IMG/VR virus record: IMGVR_UViG_3300044506_000040
Direction: 5' to 3' (one strand)
Source of the DNA: an uncultured virus (IMG/VR IMGVR_UViG_3300044506_000040)
Lineage: Duplodnaviria > Heunggongvirae > Uroviricota > Caudoviricetes
Length of the DNA stretch: 57,570 nucleotides
The notes under the pieces were generated by a model. That model ran no database searches and was not told the origin of the DNA. It saw nothing but the letters and a program-made list of their open reading frames with translations. The position numbers and the translations under genes were made by a program. Positions 27,928 through 35,534 of the stretch are shown here, in pieces (positions within the stretch are counted from its first letter, which is position 1; every line of letters begins with the position of its first letter).

Positions 27928-28070
27928 GTCTGATCTTTACGCTGTTCGCTCACCGCAAGGTGAACACGATCGTCAAGCAAGTGCACGCTGAGCAAAAGGA
28001 AGAAAAGCCCGCTCAGCCCGGCACGCCCGATCGCCCGCAAGACATCCTCCAACCGCAAGTCATCTCGTAA
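27924..28070 (+). CDS. 48-aa peptide (not in ORF track)
   Basis: ATGA overlap; MSLIFTLFAHRKVNT... Confidence 0.55.
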   Translation: MSLIFTLFAHRKVNTIVKQVHAEQKEEKPAQPGTPDRPQDILQPQVIS

Positions 28071-28080
28071 AGGAAACATC

Positions 28081-28218
28081 ATGCTGCACACGCTCCACTG
28101 CATCGCTTGGGACATCATGGGTGTCGTCATCGCCGTCGTCGCCATCTCGTTGACTGGCGCCCATGCCAAGAAGACCTGCTACAAAGGCTACAGCACGTGG
28201 CAAAAGAAGCGCAACTAA
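28081..28218 (+). CDS. 45-aa membrane peptide (not in ORF track)
   Basis: AAGGA RBS; MLHTLHCIAWDIMGVVIAVVAISLTG... Confidence 0.65.
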   Translation: MLHTLHCIAWDIMGVVIAVVAISLTGAHAKKTCYKGYSTWQKKRN

Positions 28219-28424
28219 TGGCTACGCTTCAACAATGGTGGAGCTTTGAGGCACTCTACTATCAGTACGAAGTCCTCACCCTGGCAGGACTGCTGGTTTT
28301 CTTCATGGTCGCAGGCGTCATTCGGCTGAAGTTGCCTAAACGCGTGGACCATGAAAAAGTCCAGCAAGCAATACAGCAATTGTCACAATCCCGTACATCA
28401 AAGGAGCGCCATCATGTCCGTTAG
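28218..28424 (+). CDS. small membrane protein
   Basis: TAATG coupling; TM helix. Confidence 0.65.
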   Translation: MATLQQWWSFEALYYQYEVLTLAGLLVFFMVAGVIRLKLPKRVDHEKVQQAIQQLSQSRTSKERHHVR

Positions 28425-28731
28425 TACCCATGAACTGAACATCTTCTTCAGCACGAAGGCGCTGCTGCAAGATGTGGAGTTGATGCTCAAGCCGTTGCAA
28501 GAGGACGACTTGGAGGGCCGCGCTCAACTGGCTGATAAAGAAGTTGCAGCGATGGACCTGGCTGATGAAGCCCTGGTTTATCTGAACGACGCAATAGAAA
28601 AGCACTCGGGCACTGAGAAGTTCGCCCGGGCCATGGAAATCGCATACGCCCCGATTCCCGATGAACTCATCGGTGGACTGAAACGCGTGAGTGAATATTA
28701 CCGGCGCGCGGAAGTCATCGAGACGCTCTAG
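28414..28731 (+). CDS. hypothetical protein
   Basis: AAGGAG RBS. Confidence 0.7.
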   Translation: MSVSTHELNIFFSTKALLQDVELMLKPLQEDDLEGRAQLADKEVAAMDLADEALVYLNDAIEKHSGTEKFARAMEIAYAPIPDELIGGLKRVSEYYRRAEVIETL

Positions 28732-28740
28732 GAGACAGGC

Positions 28741-28932
28741 ATGAACAGCCGTCATGTGAAGATTGGAGTAGCAGTAGTGACGGCCGGCATCGCGATTGGA
28801 TATGGCTTCATTGAAGTCGAACGTCGTGAAGCAATAAAAACGCTTGACAAGAAAAAGCAGTTGCAGTACAGTAGTACCACGCTGTTCAGCAAGGCAGCGG
28901 ATAATTCTAAACCAAGTTGGAGCAAACAGTAA
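28741..28932 (+). CDS. small membrane protein
   Basis: AGGAG RBS; IGVAVVTAGIAIGYG. Confidence 0.65.
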   Translation: MNSRHVKIGVAVVTAGIAIGYGFIEVERREAIKTLDKKKQLQYSSTTLFSKAADNSKPSWSKQ

Positions 28933-29180
28933 TGAGCAATAACAAACGTAACCTGCCGAAGGCCGTCCGCATCGCCCTGGCCCACGATCACATGGTTCCG
29001 CATGAGATCGCCGAAGTCATGGCTGACGAGATGCAACACGAGTACGCCGGTGCAATTCGCCGCCTGAACGATTTGAGCGAACGCATCGATGACGCACTCG
29101 CGTTCTTCAGTCTCTCGTCGGACGGCATTCGTGCAGAAGCGCCCTGGCATAATCAGCCGGGTCTGTGCGAAGGCTACTAA
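28932..29180 (+). CDS. hypothetical protein
   Basis: TAATG coupling. Confidence 0.65.
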   Translation: MSNNKRNLPKAVRIALAHDHMVPHEIAEVMADEMQHEYAGAIRRLNDLSERIDDALAFFSLSSDGIRAEAPWHNQPGLCEGY

Positions 29181-29279
29181 GCCACCCGCTACCTCCCACG
29201 CAATAGTGGGAGTGGCACTGTAGTACCCCGCCGGGCTAACGTCTGGCGGGGCTTTACCTATTTCCTATCTGGAGTTATC

Positions 29280-29639
29280 ATGTCCCTGGCTCAATCGATC
29301 TACGTCGGCTTCATCGTTTTCGGTGCACTCGTCCTTTCCTCGGCTACGCTCTACGGCGCATTCGGTAAGGGTAGCTACGCGAAGATCATCCGTGACGTGC
29401 AACTCTACAACGCGGCGAACCAGTACCTGAAGTACGGTCGCGTCATGCACGGCTTCTTCGGCGTGAGCATCATCCTGATTAGCTGCTACATCCCGCTGCT
29501 GCTCGGCTGGAACGTGGCTGCCGTCTTCACGCTGATCGTCTCGTCGATTCAGTTTGCCTATCAAATGCGCCTCATGGCCAAGGTCTCGAAGGATCGCAAG
29601 ATCCTCAAGAGCGCCCAGGACCTGAGCATCTTCGCTTAA
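29280..29639 (+). CDS. three-TM membrane protein
   Basis: Hydrophobic segments; GGAG RBS. Confidence 0.75.
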   Translation: MSLAQSIYVGFIVFGALVLSSATLYGAFGKGSYAKIIRDVQLYNAANQYLKYGRVMHGFFGVSIILISCYIPLLLGWNVAAVFTLIVSSIQFAYQMRLMAKVSKDRKILKSAQDLSIFA

Positions 29640-29656
29640 CTGTCAGGAGAAAGAAC

Positions 29657-29926
29657 ATGCATCACTACGCCCACGCAATCTTCGCTGTCCTGCTGCTCGC
29701 AGTCTTCATCGGTGTCATCCTGAAGCTGCACCTCGCTGACGTCGCTTCGACGGCACCGAAGGAAGTCGCACCCTGCCACAAGACGTGCGCCTACGTCAAT
29801 CTGCTCACGGGTGAAGTGCGCACGGTTGAACCTGGCTTTGTGGAATTCTGTATCGAAGGCCTTCTCAACAAGGTCACGACCAACGGCGCGAAAAGCCGTC
29901 TTCATCTCCAACCGGAACCCGTCTAA
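29657..29926 (+). CDS. small membrane protein
   Basis: N-terminal TM. Confidence 0.7.
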   Translation: MHHYAHAIFAVLLLAVFIGVILKLHLADVASTAPKEVAPCHKTCAYVNLLTGEVRTVEPGFVEFCIEGLLNKVTTNGAKSRLHLQPEPV

Positions 29927-29962
29927 CTAACCCAAGCATCGCATAGCCTCCAGAGGTGAGTC

Positions 29963-30190
29963 ATGGTAGACGCAGTCAATGCAGTTACTGGATTCGTACC
30001 CTTCTCGGAGCTTATGCGAGAAGCCCAAGAACGCGACAGACGTGAACGGCAAAGCAGGCCTTACAAGCCTAACGCTACGCCGGTCCCCACGCCTGTCGTG
30101 CCTTCGTCGATTGTTCAGATCTCCCAGCGTGCCCGGGACCTCTATGCGGCTGAGCAGACTGCTCGGCCGACTTGGGACTGGGACATGTGA
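29963..30190 (+). CDS. hypothetical protein
   Basis: GAGGTG RBS; terminator 30227-30252 follows. Confidence 0.65.
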   Translation: MVDAVNAVTGFVPFSELMREAQERDRRERQSRPYKPNATPVPTPVVPSSIVQISQRARDLYAAEQTARPTWDWDM

Positions 30191-30314
30191 ACGAATTGCT
30201 CCGAGTGCCGAACGCACTCTTTTATGGGGGACCTTCGGGTCCCTCTTTTTTTGCTGTCTTTTTTTCTTGTTGATTTCTATTGTGTGTTGTATAACCTTTT
30301 GGAGAACCAACAAC

Positions 30315-30749
30315 ATGTGGCAAAAGCTCTGGGCCCGCATTGGCCCGTATGTAACCCTGCAAGTCCTGGTGAAGTTCATTCAAGAAGAACTCTCGATGGT
30401 CTTCGCGTTCATCGCCAAAGTCTGTGGTGACATGTTCACCAGCTGGAACGGTGACGTCGACCCGGCGCGTCTGATCCCGTACCTGCTGTGCGGGTTGTTC
30501 GGTGTGTTCTTCCTGTGGTTCACCTACCTCGACACGATCTGGCATCACTCGTTTAACAGCATGGCGTTCAGTGCTGGGGCGGTGTCACTCGGTGCGCAGT
30601 TCGTGGCAGCTGCCGGCGGGGTGCGCCTGAAGCAAAGCTCGGAAATCCCGATGACGCCGGACGACCATCAACACCTCGGGGCGCGCAAGCCCAAGTCGCT
30701 GGTGCGGCGCGTGGTGCAAGGCGCGGTCAATGGGGCCATGGATAAGTAA
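30315..30749 (+). CDS. membrane protein (holin-like topology possible)
   Basis: GGAG RBS; two to three TM segments, basic C-terminus. Confidence 0.6.
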   Translation: MWQKLWARIGPYVTLQVLVKFIQEELSMVFAFIAKVCGDMFTSWNGDVDPARLIPYLLCGLFGVFFLWFTYLDTIWHHSFNSMAFSAGAVSLGAQFVAAAGGVRLKQSSEIPMTPDDHQHLGARKPKSLVRRVVQGAVNGAMDK

Positions 30750-30788
30750 AAACCGCACGACGGCTATTCTATGCGGGGAGAAATCCCT

Positions 30789-31327
30789 GGTAGTACCGTT
30801 GATACTGTCTGAAGAGGAGTGCAAGTCTCCAGTGCCTCTGATTGTGGTCTTTACCACGGTCGGGGAACGCTCAGGTGAAACGCCTGCGAAAGTGCGGCAC
30901 GAGATCCTTATCTCGGTGGTGGTTGTTGGTGTGATGGGCTTGACAACAGACTGTCGTGAGACAGCCTAGAGCCCACAGGGTGCCGTGGGGGTACCAGATA
31001 CACTGCTTCCTCTTTAGCTGTTCTCACAGTCTATGGTCTGATACCGATTAAAAGACCACGTGTGTTTGCCCACACGCAAAGGGTTTCTTGCTGGCCCGAC
31101 TGCCTATTCGGTACGCCCAGTGGATCTGGGAAGTTGTACTCTGGTTGAGCGTTGCTCCTAGAACGCAGCCTGCTGAGGATTATCCGTTCGGCGCATCAGT
31201 GTATCGGTGCGAGCGTCAACGCTAGTGTGCGTTTGGGTACAGTAGAAGTCTATTGAAACGGTCGTCTCCCCGGATGAGATAGATGAACGCTGTACCACGG
31301 CCGTCCTCAGTGGGCTGTGGCATTACC
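30789..31327 (+). ncRNA. candidate ~540-nt ornate structured ncRNA
   Basis: ORF-free; paired ends, 16-bp helix, 8- and 9-bp long-range pairings, GNRA/UUCG hairpins, 3' U-tract. Confidence 0.7.
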
Positions 31328-31355
31328 CCTTTTTTTATTTTGCTAGCTTAAACAA

Positions 31356-31940
31356 ATGACACAAGACCTGGCAGCATTGGTACAAGTCTACGACGATGTA
31401 CCGATCCCTCAGGCGCTGCGCGGGGAGTTGCAACGTCTGACGCAACAGCCCATTTGGGCTAACAACTGGACCACCAATAACTACGCGTATAAGAACTGGG
31501 GCGCGTTGTTTATGGGAGGCTCGGACGCTACTGACTTGGGGAACTGCGAAGCAGAACTCTACGCAGATCGGCGCACCTACCTCCTCGGTAAGTTCTGGGC
31601 GATCATCAAACAGAAGTACTTGCCCGAGCATGAACTCTTGCGCTTTTGGGCGCTGAGCTTCACGCAAGGCATGGATGGTCACGTCCACATCGATGGCAAA
31701 GAAGAGGATTACTACACGACGCTTCTCTATATCCACAATGAGTGGCAAGCTCATTGGGGCGGAGAGCTCATGTACTTCACGCAAGATGAGTCGGATATCA
31801 TCAAGGTGATTGAGCCTAAGCCACTTCGCGTCATCATCTCGCCCGGCCACATCCCTCACCGCATCAGCCCCCCAACACGAGAGACTGACAAGATGCGTGG
31901 TGTGCTCGGTTTTCGTTCGAGGAAAAGAAGAGAAACATGA
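31356..31940 (+). CDS. 2OG-Fe(II) oxygenase (prolyl-hydroxylase-like)
   Basis: HxD (HID), WGGE, distal H (IPH), R (MRG). Confidence 0.9.
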   Translation: MTQDLAALVQVYDDVPIPQALRGELQRLTQQPIWANNWTTNNYAYKNWGALFMGGSDATDLGNCEAELYADRRTYLLGKFWAIIKQKYLPEHELLRFWALSFTQGMDGHVHIDGKEEDYYTTLLYIHNEWQAHWGGELMYFTQDESDIIKVIEPKPLRVIISPGHIPHRISPPTRETDKMRGVLGFRSRKRRET

Positions 31941-32560
31941 AAGCAATGGGTAGTTTGATGGATGAGGTGCACGTCTATGACGACATCATCCCGAAAGACA
32001 TTCAGGCCCGCTTGGCAGAGACCGTCAAGAAGGAACTCTGGACCTATAGCTGGCAGACCGCGCCCTGGGACGAGTATCCCGTCTGGGGCCGCAGCGTGGC
32101 GAATCCGTTGCGCGGCAACCAAAACGCAGAAGAGAACCTCATGCGTGACGGTCACCAGATCGACTCGGCTGAAATCTGGAAGCTCTTTACGAGCACCTTC
32201 CTGAAAGGCCACAGTCTCATGCGCGCCTTCGTGATTGGGTTTCATCACGGCTGCGAAGGCTATGCGCACGGTGACAACACTGATCCTGAGGATCAGGGTA
32301 AGATGGGCAATGGCCTGAACCTGACGAACTATCGTTCGACGATTATCTTTGCCTTCGATGAGTGGCAAGCTCATTGGGGTGGCGAGATGGTCTTCTACGA
32401 TCGTGAGATGAATGACATCATCTGCGCGGTGGAACCGAAACCGTTCCGCGTGATCACGTTCCCGGGACTGCTGCCCCACAAGCCGAACGGGCCGACCCGT
32501 GAAGCTCCGCAATACCTTCCGCTGCTCTCGTTCCGCTCGAAGCAGATCCTCCGCATGTAA
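31937..32560 (+). CDS. 2OG-Fe(II) oxygenase paralog lacking the 2OG-binding Arg
   Basis: HGD, WGGE, LPH; Leu at the Arg position. Confidence 0.85.
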   Translation: MKAMGSLMDEVHVYDDIIPKDIQARLAETVKKELWTYSWQTAPWDEYPVWGRSVANPLRGNQNAEENLMRDGHQIDSAEIWKLFTSTFLKGHSLMRAFVIGFHHGCEGYAHGDNTDPEDQGKMGNGLNLTNYRSTIIFAFDEWQAHWGGEMVFYDREMNDIICAVEPKPFRVITFPGLLPHKPNGPTREAPQYLPLLSFRSKQILRM

Positions 32561-32570
32561 GAAGAGAACC

Positions 32571-33200
32571 ATGAACCAAGCAATTCAAACGAAGCACGCT
32601 GACCTCATCGCCCGCATTCAGATCCATGACGGACTGATCCCGGCTGAGCTCCAGAACGCCATCGCCGCGCTCATGAAGCAGCCGCGCTGGGCCTATGGCT
32701 GGAAGAGCAACGCCGAGAAGGACAAGTACAGCTTCTGGCACACGCACTTCGCCGGTGGCGACCTCAATAGCCGCGTGAACTGTGCGGATCAGCTGCGCCA
32801 AAAGCCGGAGAACTTCTCCGTGTATCAAGTGTGGGATCTGCTCAGCAAGACGATCCTGCAAGGCCACGAGCCGCTGCGCGCGTATGGCAACGCGCACACG
32901 TTCGGCACGGAAGGCTACATCCACGTCGACAACCGCGACACCGAGAACTACTTCTCGACGATCATCTACACGAACCCGGACTGGAAGGCGCCGTGGGGTG
33001 GTGAGACGCTGTTCTACTCGCTCGACGAGAAGGACATCATCAAGGCTGCCGCAGCGGTTCCGTTCCGCATCGTGACGTTCCCGGGGCACATCCCGCACAA
33101 GGCGAATGCGCCGGCGCGTGACTGCCCGCATCTGCGCACGGCACTCGTGTTCAAGTCGCACGTGGGTGCCAAGCCCGTCATGCCGACGGAAGCTGCGTGA
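32571..33200 (+). CDS. 2OG-Fe(II) oxygenase (prolyl-hydroxylase-like)
   Basis: RAYGNAHTFG..GYIHVD, WGGET, IPH, LRTALVFK. Confidence 0.92.
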   Translation: MNQAIQTKHADLIARIQIHDGLIPAELQNAIAALMKQPRWAYGWKSNAEKDKYSFWHTHFAGGDLNSRVNCADQLRQKPENFSVYQVWDLLSKTILQGHEPLRAYGNAHTFGTEGYIHVDNRDTENYFSTIIYTNPDWKAPWGGETLFYSLDEKDIIKAAAAVPFRIVTFPGHIPHKANAPARDCPHLRTALVFKSHVGAKPVMPTEAA

Positions 33201-33754
33201 TGGGGTTTCCCATCGCGGTAGTGGCGCACGACTACGATCCGTATGAGGACTGTCTCAAGCAGTTCCATACGGACACGACCAGTCATACGGGCCGGACTCT
33301 TTTCGAACACCTGAAGGGTACGCGAGACCTCCTGAAGAAGTGGGGGATGCCCGAGCACGTCCAGGTCGCGGGGTTGTTCCACTCGATCTATGGCACGAAC
33401 ATCTTCACGACGCCCAGTGCCTCGTTTACCGATCGGGATCTGCTCCAGGCCCTGATTGGCACGAAGGCGGAGTGGCTTGCGTATTTGTTCTGCGTGGCCA
33501 AGCGTCCGAAGGCGTTCTTCGATGCGTTCGAAGACAATAGCATCCACAATCGCTTTGGCTTTCATAGCCACATGGTGACCAATGTGGAAATCCATGAGCT
33601 GATCGCTATCGAAATCGCGAACCATATGGAGCAGGACATGGGTGCGGAGTTGGTAGCGAAGGTCTGGGATCGTTCGATGTACAACACGCTCCTGACGAAA
33701 ACTGCCATGGACGACATGCGTCGCTTCATGTACAAGCACGGTATCACGCGTTAA
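33197..33754 (+). CDS. DUF6817 family HD-like protein
   Basis: HTGRTLFEHLKGT..LL..WG......AGLFHSIYGT...IG..AE.LAYLFC. Confidence 0.8.
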   Translation: MMGFPIAVVAHDYDPYEDCLKQFHTDTTSHTGRTLFEHLKGTRDLLKKWGMPEHVQVAGLFHSIYGTNIFTTPSASFTDRDLLQALIGTKAEWLAYLFCVAKRPKAFFDAFEDNSIHNRFGFHSHMVTNVEIHELIAIEIANHMEQDMGAELVAKVWDRSMYNTLLTKTAMDDMRRFMYKHGITR

Positions 33755-33798
33755 ACGCCGGGGGAGCTTCGGCTCCCCGCTTATTCCGAGAACTAATA

Positions 33799-34296
33799 AT
33801 GGCTATTGAGAAATTGCTGTATCACGGCTCGGGGTTCGACCAGAACGAACTGATGCCGGGTTACCTGCGCAGCGGTGAGATCGTCAAATGGGACGAGACC
33901 GAATCGAACGAGTGGCTCTATACGACCTCCAGTCGGGATGAAGCCATTGCAATGGCATTCGCCTCGATGATCGAGAAGAAGTTCCAGTCGACCGAGTATG
34001 AGCGCCGGGGCAACCATATCCGGGTGCGCTTCCCGATGGAAGTGGCGCCGACGCTCGCCGAGCTCAAGCAACTCGAACTCTTCTTGTACACGATCCGCTT
34101 GGCGGAAGAAGACGGGTGGCAGAAGAACGCCAACGAGCACAACCAGATCAAGACTGAGTGGAAGACTCAGGCTACGATCGACAAGAACATCCTGAATAAG
34201 GAAAAGGTCGATCTCGTGAAGTGGCTCGCGAATAAGCAAGTCACGCTCCTCGGTGGGGGCAAGGGTGACACACCGCCCAACTACCTGATGTGGTAA
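33799..34296 (+). CDS. ADP-ribosyltransferase-like protein (Arr-like pattern)
   Basis: LYHGS....L.PG ... LYTTS....A ... EW; C-terminal PNYLMW. Confidence 0.55.
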   Translation: MAIEKLLYHGSGFDQNELMPGYLRSGEIVKWDETESNEWLYTTSSRDEAIAMAFASMIEKKFQSTEYERRGNHIRVRFPMEVAPTLAELKQLELFLYTIRLAEEDGWQKNANEHNQIKTEWKTQATIDKNILNKEKVDLVKWLANKQVTLLGGGKGDTPPNYLMW

Positions 34297-34350
34297 AAGG
34301 CTGGCGGGCTAGTCCCGCCCCTTATGCCGCAATGAAAGAAAAGTCAGACA

Positions 34351-34367
34351 GATATAATGCCACTGAC
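34351..34367 (+). promoter_or_regulatory. putative early promoter variant GATATAA-N6-TGAC
   Basis: Degenerate copy of the recurrent motif. Confidence 0.35.
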
Positions 34368-34410
34368 CTACCAATCAAGGTCACAACAACAAACCAAACG
34401 GAGCAAAGCA

Positions 34411-34869
34411 ATGGAACAAAACATCGATCGTTCGCATCTTCCCCTGCGCATGGTGGCGCGCGTGATCATCAAGAAGGAAGGTCGCATCCTGCTCGGTCAG
34501 GTGCGGGTGAACGGTATGACGGTCTGCTACAACTTCCCGGGCGGCGGGGTGGAAGAGAACCACACGGCAGAAGAAACGGTCGCCAAGGAAAGCCTGGAAG
34601 AAGTCGGGGTGGTGATCACCAACATCCGCCCGCTCGGAGTGAACCTGCCCGCCGAACATCCGATGGGCAAGAAACGCGAGCATCTCTTTCGCGGCACGGA
34701 TAACCACTACTACGTGGCTGACTTCGTGCGCTACGACAAGAGCCAGCTGAACAGCGAGGGTGATGAAATGCCCTTCACCTGGGAGCGTCCCGAAGGTGCC
34801 ATCCAGCGCATGGAAGCGAAGCCGGATCCCTTCAACGCCATCCGCATCCTCGCCATCCAGGCACTGTAA
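34411..34869 (+). CDS. Nudix hydrolase
   Basis: FPGGGVEENHTAEETVAKESLEEVG variant Nudix box. Confidence 0.9.
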   Translation: MEQNIDRSHLPLRMVARVIIKKEGRILLGQVRVNGMTVCYNFPGGGVEENHTAEETVAKESLEEVGVVITNIRPLGVNLPAEHPMGKKREHLFRGTDNHYYVADFVRYDKSQLNSEGDEMPFTWERPEGAIQRMEAKPDPFNAIRILAIQAL

Positions 34870-34940
34870 AGTACGAGTAGAAACTTACACGCCTCGGGAT
34901 CGTATGAGGCTAGTCAACCTACAACCACCGAGAACCAATC

Positions 34941-35513
34941 ATGGCTATGCTGCAAGAAAAACACATCAAAACGCTCGACGCGATTCTGAACAAGGAAATC
35001 AGCGGGATCTTCTTCCTGCGCAACGAGCTGCAAGACTTCATGGTGAATGACGACATCACGCAACTGGTCAAGCGTGCTGAAGCCATCGCCGAAGAAGGTA
35101 AGGTGAAGAACGCGGGTCGTACGTTCAATCCGAAGTACAAGTTTAGCCGTCTCGTCGATGCGGACACGGTCAAACCCAAGATCGTGTTTCAAGTCAGTCT
35201 GCCGGGCAACCACTTCCACAACGCGGAAGTGATCGGCGAGATGCAGTTGACCCTGAACCTGCACGATTACGGTGCGGTGACCTTCAGTCTGCCGGAAGAA
35301 AGCGAAGCCGAGAAGCTGGCGCGCGAGAACAAGTGGAAAGTAAGCAAAGAAGAGCTCGAAGCGCTTGACAATGTGATCAAGGCTGCGCGTGCACTCCAGG
35401 CGCTTGGCAATCACAACTTCCCGGTGGCCGTACAGATCGACAGTAATGGGCTGAGCTTGAACGCTCACTACAACGATCCGATGCGAGCCGTTCGTCTGGC
35501 TATGGCTGGATAA
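34941..35513 (+). CDS. hypothetical protein
   Basis: 190-aa ORF. Confidence 0.75.
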   Translation: MAMLQEKHIKTLDAILNKEISGIFFLRNELQDFMVNDDITQLVKRAEAIAEEGKVKNAGRTFNPKYKFSRLVDADTVKPKIVFQVSLPGNHFHNAEVIGEMQLTLNLHDYGAVTFSLPEESEAEKLARENKWKVSKEELEALDNVIKAARALQALGNHNFPVAVQIDSNGLSLNAHYNDPMRAVRLAMAG

Positions 35514-35534
35514 CCATCCTTCTAGGAGACGAGG

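Noticed and set aside
30730..30969. 79-aa ORF overlapping the ncRNA candidate
   Set aside because: No RBS, overlaps the upstream gene, atypical codon usage
30948..31032. AGACTGT/ACAGTCT pairing resembling group I intron P7
   Set aside because: No interrupted gene or exon junctions found, and it competes with the GTGA tetraloop hairpin; not enough to call an intron
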